DNA of 64,000 bases from Macrostomum lignano (Eukaryota): positions 372,001 to 436,000 of the forward strand of contig NIVC01000027.1 of NCBI GenBank assembly GCA_002269645.1, in the 5' to 3' direction. Below the pieces are notes generated by a model that had not been told where the DNA came from, searched no databases, and was given only the letters and a program-made list of their open reading frames with translations. The translations under genes were made by a program, and so were the position numbers. Numbering within the stretch: position 1 is the stretch's first letter; the number at the start of each line of letters is the position of its first letter. This document shows positions 22,449 to 32,896 of this stretch, piece after piece.

Positions 22449-25400
22449 CTGCAAATTAATTTACAGCATTGCGTATCTGCGTCAGTAAATCTGATGAAGA
22501 TTGCTGAGCTGTACAGGCCAGGCCTCATCCTGATCCAGGAACCCTGGATGCGCAACGGTAAGTTGCCCAACATTCCCTCTGGCTACTCTGATTTTTATGT
22601 GTGTGGCCCGGGGAACAGCCGCCCTAGAGCGGCTATCCTCGCTGCTAGCCATCTCCAAGCTTGGCTGAGGACTGATCTCTCTGATGGAGACCTTTGTGTC
22701 ATCCAATCTAATCATTTCTCTCCGCGTACGTGTCTTGTTGCCTCGGTTTATATCCCAGGCGACAGAGACCCTGCTCCTGAGAGTTTACTGCGCCTCGCGC
22801 AGTACTGCGAGTCCCAGAACGCTGAGCTGTGCTTAGGGGGCGACCTCAACGCGCACCACAAGCACTGGGGCAGCAAAGATACCAACACTAGAGGAGAGGA
22901 GCTTCTGGCCCTCATCTCTAACACAAACCTCATGCTCTGCAACCGCGGCAGCACTCCTACCTTTAATAATGGCAGATGGACCGAGGTCCTCGACGCCACA
23001 CTCGTTACCCCAAGACTCTTTGACAGAGTTGAGGAGTGGAGAGTCTGGTCTGAGGAGCCCTCCCTGTCTGACCACTGCTTTATCGCCTTTAACATCGCGG
23101 ACACTAAAACCCAGTCTCCGATCACTTGGAGACGCAATATCCGCAACACTGATTGGGCGGCCTACAAGGCTGCCCTTGATCTGCACCTGCAGGAACTCAC
23201 GGACTTACGTCCGATTGAGACCTGCGAGGATGTGGATCATATGGCTGAGACGCTGACAGGTTGCATTATTGAAGCCTACGAAGCGGCTTGTCCTGCTCGC
23301 GCCTACAGAGGCAAGACCTCGGCGCCGTGGTGGAACCCGGAGCTGGGGAAACTCAGGCGGAAGGCCAAAAGCCTTCATCGCCGTGCCATGAAGACCGGAA
23401 ACCCGGAGGACATGGAGCTTTTCCGGCAAGCCTCCCGCAATTTCAAATCTGAAGTGCGCAAGGCCAAGGAATGTAAGTGGCGCCAATTCTGCAATGAATT
23501 GGATCAAGACAGACCTACTTCTAGGCTTGTCAAGGCCCTTACAATGGACAAAATGTCCAAATTAGCCATGATCAAAAAAGATGATGGCTCTCTTACTAAA
23601 GACCCTGAAGAAGTGCTTCAGCATATGCTTAGCACATTCTTCCCGAGGGTACCTACTGCTAGACCGGAGCCCAACCATTCGATGGATGGAGCCACCCTAG
23701 CGGCGGGCATTGTCACTGAAGACCTAATCGCTCGTGCGGTCAGAACCTTCAAACCCTTCAAATCTCCTGGACCTGATGGTATCTACCCTGTTCTCCTTCG
23801 TGAAGCAGCCAAGATACCCTCGTTCCTGAGACTCACCCGCAATCTCATGCGGGCCTCTATCCAGCTGGGATACGTTCCCAAATGCTGGACTGAAGCTCGG
23901 GTAGTCTTTATTCCAAACCTGGGAAGGGTGACTACCAAAGCGTCAAGGCCTTCCGGCCTATTAGCTTAACGTCAGCAATGCTTAAGCTCACTGAGAGGCT
24001 TATTCTCTGGCGGCTGCTGTCCTGCGAGCTGACAGCGATGCCCCTCAGCAATAATCAGCACGCCTTCCGCACCGGGAGGTCGACTGACAGCGCCCTGCAT
24101 GCGATTGTCGAGAAGATTGAACGGGCGGTACTGGGTGACGGTTACGCTCTGGCTCTCTTTCTTGACATTGTTGGCGCCTTCGACAACGTTATCTTTGAAG
24201 CGTTTCAGAGGGCCCTTCAAAATCGCAAAGCTCATGCTACCCTCATACGGTGGATCATGTACATGATCTCCAACCGTACGGTCACTGCCCAACTTCTTGG
24301 GCAAACTGCCTCCACCAGAGTCTGTAAGGGTGGACCCCAAGGCGGAGTCCTCACCCCGACGCTCTGGAACCTGGTCATGGACGCTCTTTTGAGTGACTCC
24401 CGACCCGACCCCGTCTTCAAAGTCGGGTATGCTGATGACGTCACGGCCATTGTGGCAGGACCGTCTCCCAGCACGCTCAGGGATCTGATGCAGAGCTTTA
24501 TCCGCAAAGCAGAATCCTGGGCCAATGACAATGGTCTGGAACTCTCTGAGCCCAAAACCGTTGCCATTATGTTTACCAGCAGACTACGCTGGAACATACG
24601 TCCTCTGCAGCTCTACGGCAGAGATATTGCCTTCGCGCACCAGACCAGATGTCTCGGGGTCACACTTGACCACCGGCTCAACTGGTCCTTCCACGTGAAA
24701 GCAAAAGCCAAGCGTGCCTCAGCCATCCTGGCCCAGCTCCGACGAGCACTTGGCACTTCTTGGGGTCTATCCCCAAAGCGGCTTTGGTGGATCTATACTT
24801 CCGTAGTTAGACCTGCCATTACGTACGCCTCTGTTGTCTGGGTTAGCGCTACCCAGGTCAAAAGCCATGCAGACCTGCTCAACACGATCCAAGGCAGAGC
24901 GTGTAGGCTCATCTGCAACGCCACCAGGTCCACGCCCTTTGCTGGCATGGGGGCCTTCCTTAATCTTCCGCCTCTTGACCTCTTCATCAGGGGTGAGGCG
25001 GCTAGAACGACGCGGCGTCTAATTGATGCCGGCGTCAAATTCATTTACATGAGAGCACCTGCTAAGCGGAACCTTGTCCCGCATAGCGATCTGTGCCTCA
25101 ACTTTCTCAACGAGTGTCAGGCCAATCGCGTCTTCACCGATGGCATTGCCTCAACGCTCAACCTGAGACAGCGCTACTCCGTAGCTATCGACTCGCGCGA
25201 TAACATCAATGACCATTGGAACCCTGGTGAGCTTCATTGCTACACCGACGGTTCTAAGCAGTCAGCCAACACCGGCTTTGGTGTTGGAATCTTTCTGAAC
25301 GGGAGGGTCATCGCTACCCACGCTCAATACACTGGGGTCAACTCCAGTGTTTTCCAAAATGAAGTTCTGGCCATCAGCTCCTGCACTGCAGAGCTTCTCG

Positions 25401-26149
25401 CCACTGGCGTTACTGGTAAGAACATCATTTTCCATTCGGACAGCCAAGCTGCCTTGCACGCCATCAGTGGCTGCAGCACCAACTCTGCTACAGTCCTTGA
25501 CTGTATCAAACTCCTCAATGTGTTGGGTTCCGCCAACAAAATTACCCTTAAGTGGGTTCCGGGGCATGTGGGGATCCGAGGAAATGAGTTGGCTGACACC
25601 CTTGCAAAAGTTGGTGCCTCCGGCTCCTCTCTCGGCCCCGAACCTCTTGTCCCGATTCCTGGCTGTGTCATCGACTCACGCATCAAAGCGTGGATCAGGA
25701 CTCAGCACCGCTCGACTTGGGCGAACCGCACGAACTGCAGGCAATCCAGAGGCGCTGTCCCTCAGCCCTCTCACCAGCTCCGGAAGCTCCTCTTGCGCCT
25801 CTCGCGCAGAGACATCCGGGCTGCCACCATGACCCTCTCTGGTCACGGCTGCTTCTCCAGGCACCAGTACCTGCAGGGCAACGCCACCAACGCCACCTGT
25901 AGTTTCTGCAACTCAGGTGACGAAACCGCTGAGCATTTCGTCAGCATCTGTCCCGCCTTCACGCGGGCCAGACTCACTTACCTCGGGCCACACACATCTA
26001 TTACTGAAGCGTGCAAACCCGAAAACTTTAATCAGCTCATGCGCTACCTTCGGGCCACCCGCAGGGCTGAACTCTCCTTTCCAGAGAGCACCATAGCTGC
26101 TGGCGACACTGGGGGACCTCCCTGGGCGGCGCCAACCCTCCGTCCATAG
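22449..26149 (+). pseudogene. ORF2: AP endonuclease, reverse transcriptase, RNase H and C-terminal CCHC
   Basis: LQINLQH, LIQEPW, GGDLNAHH, FLDIVGAFD, GGPQGGVL, YADD, YTDGSK, FHSDSQAAL, WVPGH, CSFC..ETAEHF..C. One missing A at 23915-23917 (IPKPGK). Confidence 0.92.
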
Positions 26150-26885
26150 CGACGCGTCGGCCGTTCAGGGACTAGCGGAATGGGCGCCCGCGCCTTCCCG
26201 CTGTGTCCCCTCCGGGACAGCCCTGCAGCTAAGTCAAAGAAGTAAGTCAGGTGTGATCATATTTTACAAAACCAAGGTGACGCTGCGCAAGCCGATCTAT
26301 ACAGGTGTCACTGTTCTCGACGAATCAAAACGTTTGGTGTACCAGTTCTTCTATGGCATGAAGCAGCAGTACAAGGATAAAATGAAACTCTTGTACACTG
26401 ACACAGACAGTTTTATTATGGATATTCAAACAGAAGACATTTATCAGGACATGCTGCAGCAAAAAGATTTGTTTGACTTGTCTGAGTATGATGAATCTTG
26501 CAGGACACAGAATGGCGATCAAGTGTTTGACGCCACTAACAAGAAAGTGATTGGGAAAATGAAGGACGAGATTGCTGGTGACATAATCACTGAATTCATT
26601 GGGTTGAGAGCAAAGTCCTATTTTGTAAAATGTGAGTCGTCAGACCCAATTAAAAAATCAAAGGGAATTCCGAAACGTGTGGTTAGGAAGGAAATTAATG
26701 AAGCTGAATACAGAGACGCCTTGAATTGCAACAAAAAGACATCACATGAGTTCTCAAAGCTACAATCTAAAAACCATATTATTCACACAATTCAGCAAAA
26801 GAAGATTGGACTGTCAGGTGCAGATAACAAGAGATTCATTTTTGATGACAATATCAACAGTCTGCCGTTCGGGCATTGGAGATTA

Positions 26886-26957
26886 GGCTTAGGAGGTGGA
26901 AGTTGGGTTTAGGAGGTGGAGTTTAGGTTTAGGAGGTGAAGTTTAGGTTTAGGTTTG
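26886..26957 (+). repeat. Telomere-like TTTAGG/TTAGG(AGG) repeats at the polB 3' end
   Basis: GGCTTAGGAGGTGG...GTTTAGGTTTAGGAGGTG...GTTTAGGTTTAGGTTTG. Confidence 0.7.
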
Positions 26958-26985
26958 AGAGAAAGTTTAATAAACCTCATAAAAA

Positions 26986-27387
26986 ATGACGACAAATAAC
27001 TTTCTTGAAGATTTGGCTAACTAACTGGAAATCCCAAACTTTAGAGGAATATTTATGAGGGACACTCTGCCTGATATTCCTCTAAGAAAAGAATGCGGCA
27101 TCATGAACTTTGACACCACCGATAAGCCAGGATCTCATTGGGTTTGCTGGGTGATTGATCCCGATGGCAAGCACAAGTGTTATTACTTCGATGGCTATGG
27201 GACGGCAGTACCAGAAGAGCTAAGAAATTATATGAAGGGAAAAAATAATAAAAAAATTTATCGCTCAGACTTTATTCTCCAAGGTCTTAGCAGTGATATT
27301 TGCGGTGAGCTGTGCATGACTGTTTTGTATGCAATGACCAAAACACGAAAGACCTACAAGGAAATTATTCTTGGCTGTGTTTCATAA
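26986..27387 (+). pseudogene. Adenain-like cysteine protease with nonsense codon 13
   Basis: GSHWV (H), YFDGYG (D), LQ...DICG (Q, C). AAAAA-ATG at 26986 reads MTTNNFLEDLAN*LEIPNFRGIFMRD with TAA at 27022-27024. Confidence 0.9.
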
Positions 27388-27391
27388 GGGT

Positions 27392-28063
27392 TCATTGTGC
27401 ATTTCTCGTCGTCCTTCTTGCCAAATTTCTTGCCGAATTTCTTGCCGACTTTCTTTCCGCATAATGTTGAAAAACTTTCTCGAGTTCATTTTTCAGCTGA
27501 CTCATGTCCTCAGTACCGACCATGTTCAAGTTCATTCGAATTGATTGTTCATAAAGATCCTGAATGGTTTTGAACTCGTCCTCTGAAATGAACTTATCCT
27601 CGATTGCCCTTGAAATGTACCCTATGATTGATGTGTGCACCCCTTTCTCTTTTACTTGCTTCTCCTGTAGCTGCTTTAGTTTTTTTCGCCTGTTTCGCGC
27701 TACTGCTCCAGTAATTGCTGAAATAAGTCCACATGCAGCACCTACTGAACCAAGTGGAATTGCGATTGGGACTGTGATGGCTGGCAACACTGAGACAGCT
27801 GCAGCAGATCCAGATAGAACAGACACAGATCCTAGAATCATATTGCTGTAGTCGAAAAATTTACAGTGGTTGTCATAGCGCTTAATTTTCTTTGTGTTGT
27901 GGAAAATATTTTTTTCAAGATCATCGCGCATTTTTTGAATCTCCACCAGTCGAAACTGTTGAGAGTTACAAGTAATGACGGGGTAGAGTTTTTGCTGCTC
28001 ATATTGGGGTGCACTAGGTGCTGTGGGAGCATTCGGATCATAAAGAGAATTTTGAGCATCCAT
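27392..28063 (-). CDS. Conserved Polinton membrane protein (GasderminX-like)
   Basis: LYP...FRLVEI, a hydrophobic helical hairpin, basic RRKKLK and ISRAIED..ISEDEF. Family name recalled from adintovirus literature. Confidence 0.6.
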   Translation of the reverse strand: MDAQNSLYDPNAPTAPSAPQYEQQKLYPVITCNSQQFRLVEIQKMRDDLEKNIFHNTKKIKRYDNHCKFFDYSNMILGSVSVLSGSAAAVSVLPAITVPIAIPLGSVGAACGLISAITGAVARNRRKKLKQLQEKQVKEKGVHTSIIGYISRAIEDKFISEDEFKTIQDLYEQSIRMNLNMVGTEDMSQLKNELEKVFQHYAERKSARNSARNLARRTTRNAQ

Positions 28064-28174
28064 TTTTTAAGGGAATTTTTAAAAAAAAAATCGACAACTA
28101 GTTGGTGGTGTTAGATTTGTTTTACGGTTGATTGCTTCGTCTGCAGTGACGGCAACGGGTCTCTTCGAATTTGC

Positions 28175-28921
28175 CTATTCATTGTCTGTGAGCTCCATTC
28201 TACGCCTGATCTCAAACAAGTCGGTTGGATCACTTATTTCCCTTGTGGTCTGTGGTGGTGCCTCTTCAGCGTCAATGTTTTTGAGATTATGCAAGCGTTC
28301 AAGACGACTGATTCTTCTCAACGATTTCTGCCATTCGGTAAAAACTAAATCTACAAAGACTTTATTTGCAGTAATTCTTACTTTGATTTGATCATGCAAC
28401 GCTGTTGACTGAGTCATGAACTCTTCTAAATTCCTCACTTTACATGTATTGGTTGCGACGTTTTCTTTAATTCTATCATGCAACGCTGTTGACTGGTTCA
28501 TGAACTCTTCTAAATTCCTCACTTTAACTATGTTTGTGAAAACTCCTTCTTCAAGAATGCGCATCCGCCTATCAATGGAGTTTCTCAGAAGATTAATTGT
28601 CGATGCTAAATTTGTTCTTAAACCGTTGATTTGCGAGACTGCCGAAGTTATTTCTGACCTTAGTTCATTAGTGCTGTGATCAAACTGCGCATAAAGCTTA
28701 TCACTTTCAAACTTCTGCCTGGCTACTTTTATGCGGAGATCTTCTATGTTTATCTGTAGCTGGTGCATGGAGCGCTCTAGGGCTTTCAGTCTGTTTTTAT
28801 TCAGTTTGATCTCTGGGATCTCTTCGTCGCTGTTGATATATCGCCTGTCAAGGATGGATATTTGAGCTGATGTAAGAGCGCTGTTGCCAGAAATGGATTC
28901 ACCTGCAAAATTAATATACAT
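28175..28921 (-). CDS. Coiled-coil protein, possible fibre or stalk
   Basis: Heptad-rich 248 aa ORF with a 28-aa (84-nt) tandem duplication. Confidence 0.65.
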   Translation of the reverse strand: MYINFAGESISGNSALTSAQISILDRRYINSDEEIPEIKLNKNRLKALERSMHQLQINIEDLRIKVARQKFESDKLYAQFDHSTNELRSEITSAVSQINGLRTNLASTINLLRNSIDRRMRILEEGVFTNIVKVRNLEEFMNQSTALHDRIKENVATNTCKVRNLEEFMTQSTALHDQIKVRITANKVFVDLVFTEWQKSLRRISRLERLHNLKNIDAEEAPPQTTREISDPTDLFEIRRRMELTDNE

Positions 28922-28937
28922 CTTTTAATAGCAAATT

Positions 28938-29739
28938 TTAAATTACAGTTCTTTTTTCCTTGTTGATCATGACAAACTGATAGGGTTGGTTCCACTTTTC
29001 GCAGCAGAGGTTAACAAATTCCTCTTGTGAAATCTTTCTGTTTGAGTTTTTTGTTGGATTTATAAAATAGGCAGGCGCAATGACCTCATTGTAAAATCTT
29101 TTTAGCCTGTCCTGTGGAATGGTTGGAAACAGGAGAATCAGATTGCAGTTCCCACGAATTGTTTTGTTTGGGAGCTCGAACCAGTTCTGTGCAATGTAAA
29201 TTACATTACAATTGTTATGTCGCCCTCTTGTAAAATAGTTCTCTATCTGTTTATGTGGGCCTGTCATACAATCATCAAAGACGATCAAATGCTTTCTCCC
29301 TTTTTCTAGCTCATCTGGTTGGGGTAGAAGTTTGGTCTTTGGATCCACCTGTGGATCTCCATAGGTGAACACTTAAATGTTCTGCCATTTTTTATTGTCT
29401 TTGAGGTGCTTTGCATATTCGGCAGCAACAATTTCTGGGTTACTGGGAAGGTTTTGTTGGTTTTTAAAACATTGAATAATGTCCTCTTTGTTCAGTTTGT
29501 TTTTGCAATCCAGAAATCAGCATTTTATACTCATCTTGATACAGTGTGGGAGAGTAGATGTGCAGAGTGTCATAGTCGATAAAGCCAGGTCTAAGAAGCA
29601 TGTTAAAGACTCTGAATGTTTTACCTGAACCTGATGAACCAACAACAATGCATCTGAAGTGACTCGGGATTGACTCGTGATGCGAAAACTTAATCTGATT
29701 ACGCGTCCAGTGAGGATTGAAGTCGCTTGAAAAGTCCAT
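28938..29739 (-). pseudogene. A32/FtsK-like genome packaging ATPase, disrupted
   Basis: Walker A GSSGSGKT, Walker B LIVFDD, RGRHNNC..IYIAQ..F..P..TIRGN. Extra A near 29500-29505 and a stop or frameshift near 29373-29395. Confidence 0.93.
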
Positions 29740-29783
29740 TTTTTTCTATGATGAAATTTTTTTTAATAATAAATAATTTAGAA

Positions 29784-29930
29784 GATGTGTCATTTTGGGA
29801 CTTGGATGTGTCATTTTGGGACTTAGATGTGTCATTTTGGGACTTAGATGTGTCATTTTGGGACTTAGATGTGTTATTTTGGGACTTGGATGTGTCATTT
29901 TGGGACTTAGGTATGTCATTTTGGGACTAG
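29784..29930. repeat. 21-bp tandem repeat x7 (GATGTGTCATTTTGGGACTTR)
   Basis: Visible directly between the ATPase start and the stop of the next gene. Confidence 0.95.
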
Positions 29931-29970
29931 TCTTGTACCTTTACATTTCTTGTACCCTCGGAAAGTACCT

Positions 29971-30360
29971 TTAGTCAAATTTGAAACCACTTCCTTTTTT
30001 AATGCTTGCTCTCATCTTCTCATAGACTGCAGGGTCCACACTGTCTGGGTTTGGGGCCAGCGGGGCCAGCGGGGCCAGTGGAGGTTGAATCTCTTGTTTA
30101 GGTGTTACAGTATCTTTAATCTTTTTGGCTGCTGTGGCTACACTGCCAGCCGCTTCGGCAACGTTCTTGATGTTCTCTTTGTTCTCTCCAATGACCTTAA
30201 AAATCTTAGCCCCCTGAGCGATCAAATCGGCAAGGCCATTCCCAGAGCGTTCTTTTCTTGGATAGTGGCCTGCAGGGAAAAGTCCAGATCCGCGTTTAAT
30301 GAGATTAAGTTCCTCTTTGTCATAGTATTTGTCAATGTCTTTTTCGAAAATAAGTGGCAT
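29971..30360 (-). CDS. Small core or membrane-lytic protein with GxG cleavage-like motifs (pVI/pVII-like)
   Basis: ATG at 30360. KRGSG, RSGNG followed by amphipathic LADLIAQGAKIFKVIG, and C-terminal KKGSGF. Confidence 0.6.
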   Translation of the reverse strand: MPLIFEKDIDKYYDKEELNLIKRGSGLFPAGHYPRKERSGNGLADLIAQGAKIFKVIGENKENIKNVAEAAGSVATAAKKIKDTVTPKQEIQPPLAPLAPLAPNPDSVDPAVYEKMRASIKKGSGFKFD

Positions 30361-30376
30361 TTTTACTTGAAATAAA

Positions 30377-31555
30377 TTATTTTTTGTTGAACCGCGAAAG
30401 CAGAAGCTCTCTCGCCCTCTTATCGATGTATTTTCTCTCAAGCATTTTGTCCAGGATGTTGACAAATTCTTTTCTATACTCGTCTTTCATTCCGGTCTTT
30501 GCCGCTCCTAGAAGAACCGCTACTCGCTTGTAGATTTCAGCTATTCCTTTTCCAGATTTGGGTGGTTGGTCTTGGGGTTGTGGAGTTGGTTGGGCTTGTG
30601 GCTGCTGGGGAGGTGATCCAAAAGACTGCTCACTTTCAGAGATGGAACTGTCATGTGGCGCCTGTCTTTGTTGAGGTGTGAAAACTCTTTGCTTGATTCT
30701 GTTCATTCGATCTGGAGAGTGTTGTTCTAAGTGTTGCCAGTCTGTTGGGTGATCATTTTTATATTTAGCTACTTGAGTCGGATCTGCATTTTCCAGTTGC
30801 CTGAGTACTTCTGTAAAATGTGGCTGCTGTTGTGGCGGTTGCTGTTGTTGCTGTTGTTGTTGTGGTTGTTGTCTTATGACCTCTTCCTGATCCGGCAAAC
30901 CAAACCATTGTTTAAAGTATTTGTATTTTCTAAATCTGTTCAAGACAATCCCGTTTTCATGTAAAATTTTCAAAACACCGTTGTTCTTGAGCATATCTAT
31001 ATCCCTATCGAGAGCAAAGGTAACAAGATCTTTGTAATTTTTGAGCTGCTTTTTAGACGTATTCTCTAGATTTTTAGTCATGTAATCAAGTAAAGTTTGA
31101 GTGAACTGGATTCTTTTAGTTTTTGCGCCTTTATTGATTGAAATGTTTTCCTTTGTCACTTCAATGTTGTAATCCGCCGGTTCCCCGGTAATATTTTTTC
31201 GCCAGGCGCTAATTCCAAAAATATATTTTCCATCATCCACTACGGGGCCAAAAAAGTTATCCGTCACTTTCATCTGCACCGGTTGTCCTGGTTCCTGAGC
31301 CTGTGGTTGTCCTGGTGAAGATGGGATTTTACCCAATGTGTTTTGCAAGTGGCTCTCTTGAATATCATCAACTGCTTCCTTCACAGTGTCGAGGTTTTTC
31401 TTCGCTTCTGTGTATCCGGGTTTGTGAAATTCGGTGGCTGCTTGGACAAACTCATTGTAGGATTGTTGCTCCTTATTTATTAGCCCGGTAACTCGTTTCT
31501 CTGCTTGTGCTAGCTTCTCCAATTCAGATATCTGCTGTGTACTTTTTCGCTTCAT
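30377..31555 (-). CDS. Polinton PZ-like protein
   Basis: C-terminal KSGKGIAEIYKRVAVLLGAAKTG...EF..ILDKML...YI resembles the Polinton GxG..RL.LL....AG motif. Q/P-rich linker. Confidence 0.6.
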   Translation of the reverse strand: MKRKSTQQISELEKLAQAEKRVTGLINKEQQSYNEFVQAATEFHKPGYTEAKKNLDTVKEAVDDIQESHLQNTLGKIPSSPGQPQAQEPGQPVQMKVTDNFFGPVVDDGKYIFGISAWRKNITGEPADYNIEVTKENISINKGAKTKRIQFTQTLLDYMTKNLENTSKKQLKNYKDLVTFALDRDIDMLKNNGVLKILHENGIVLNRFRKYKYFKQWFGLPDQEEVIRQQPQQQQQQQQPPQQQPHFTEVLRQLENADPTQVAKYKNDHPTDWQHLEQHSPDRMNRIKQRVFTPQQRQAPHDSSISESEQSFGSPPQQPQAQPTPQPQDQPPKSGKGIAEIYKRVAVLLGAAKTGMKDEYRKEFVNILDKMLERKYIDKRARELLLSRFNKK

Positions 31556-31585
31556 TTCTTATTTTATTTTATTTTTAGTTAAAAA

Positions 31586-32872
31586 ATGAACGACCCACTG
31601 ACACCAGTTTTCTACAAAATTAACAAGCCTATTTTGAGTGATGATAGCACAATCAAAGCGACTCAGGTAAGAGTTCCCAGTCAGGAAAATCAGAATGAAA
31701 CTAATCTTGGTCCTGGCCAAACACTGACATTTACATACAATGGATGTTCGTCTTTGGTCAGTGTCCACAGTCTAAGGAGCGGCTTCCATATGACATTTCA
31801 ATTCAAGACAAAGGGTGGTGCGGATGCGGCTCGTGCTAACGTTGACAAGCATGATGCGGATGTGGTTCTGATCAGTAACTTTTGGGCGTACATGTTCAAG
31901 GAGTTTAGTGTATCGAATGGGAGCACTGAGTTGGAGCGAATCGCCAACTTTGGAATTGTCTATGACGCTCATTGTTTGATCGAGAATACTGATTTTATTC
32001 AATTGGGAAGTGGTGCGGGTTTTATTGCAGACGAAAAAGAAGGAGATATCAATGACAGTGGCTATAAAAATAGGAAGAAGAGATACAACTATGCATTGCA
32101 AGGTGCTGATGATGCTGCTAAGAACCCGCAGTATCGGTCTGTTGATGTATTTGTACCATTGAGATTCATGAGTGGATTCTGTAATACATTTAATCGACTG
32201 ACTAGTAACTTTAGCTACACATTTAGACTGACTAGAGATGATCGCAGTAGAGTGTTGTGGACTGGGGCGGACCACACTAGGATGGAGGTGAAGCTAACCG
32301 GAATCGAGCTGTATTTGGAAGTCATTGAGCCAAAGACTGCACTAAAAGCGGATTATCTTAAGGCAATAGAGAAGGACATTGATGTTGCATACACGGCCTA
32401 CATGTGTCGAGATGAGCGAAACGAAACTAGAACAAATATCTGCATTAAAGAGGGATCATGCAGCAATCCAAGGTATATCATTATTAATATGAGAAACCCA
32501 AATAGCATTATACGCTACATGCATGGAGACGTGCGGTCCATTCAGCATGAAATCAGTGATAATCTTTACCCTGCACTGCCACAAAATGGAGATTTCAGTC
32601 AGAACAAGATTAGCAAATTTTACAGCGAGTTGGTCGACTTGGCTGTGAAAGAGAACAATGGAATTGCTATCACTGCTCTTCAATATGGAACTCTATATCC
32701 GATGTTTGGCGCTGATGTGTCTGCCAGACAAATGCCTACTGATAACAGCCCTGTGAATATCGTGACTAACATTGAGAGGACTGTCGCAACACCCGTGGAC
32801 CTGTACATTATCTATGCATTTGAGAGGAAGGTGAAGCTTAACATGATCAACAATTCATCCAGTAAAGTTTAA
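31586..32872 (+). CDS. Double jelly-roll major capsid protein
   Basis: 428 aa, beta-rich, with DDSTI, PRYIII, YPMFGADVS and YAFER motifs. Lies next to the penton gene. Confidence 0.85.
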   Translation: MNDPLTPVFYKINKPILSDDSTIKATQVRVPSQENQNETNLGPGQTLTFTYNGCSSLVSVHSLRSGFHMTFQFKTKGGADAARANVDKHDADVVLISNFWAYMFKEFSVSNGSTELERIANFGIVYDAHCLIENTDFIQLGSGAGFIADEKEGDINDSGYKNRKKRYNYALQGADDAAKNPQYRSVDVFVPLRFMSGFCNTFNRLTSNFSYTFRLTRDDRSRVLWTGADHTRMEVKLTGIELYLEVIEPKTALKADYLKAIEKDIDVAYTAYMCRDERNETRTNICIKEGSCSNPRYIIINMRNPNSIIRYMHGDVRSIQHEISDNLYPALPQNGDFSQNKISKFYSELVDLAVKENNGIAITALQYGTLYPMFGADVSARQMPTDNSPVNIVTNIERTVATPVDLYIIYAFERKVKLNMINNSSSKV

Positions 32873-32896
32873 ATATTTTTTTTGTGGGTGAAAAAA

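Larger units (their letters stand above)
20348..26248 (+). mobile_element. Apparently full-length LOA/R1-group non-LTR retrotransposon in polB
   Basis: ORF1 plus APE-RT-RNase H ORF2. AAGT-rich tail. 12-bp TSD AGGTGTGATCAT at 20336-20347 and 26249-26260. Confidence 0.92.
15947..26912 (+). pseudogene. polB: Protein-primed family B DNA polymerase split into 15947-17722, 18925-20347 and 26261-26912
   Basis: YADFEC (ExoI), HNAKNYD (ExoII), YLDANNLYG (A), KLANNSVYGK (B), YTDTDS (C), plus an endonuclease VII-like RDHCHFTGKFRGAAHNTCNL. Removing both inserts and adding 1 nt in the T-run at 17461-17466 gives 3852 nt (1283 aa). Confidence 0.95.

Noticed and set aside
17783-25902. Many overlapping or antisense ORFs in the LINEs (also within slo)
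   Set aside because: Shadow frames of GC-rich coding sequence.
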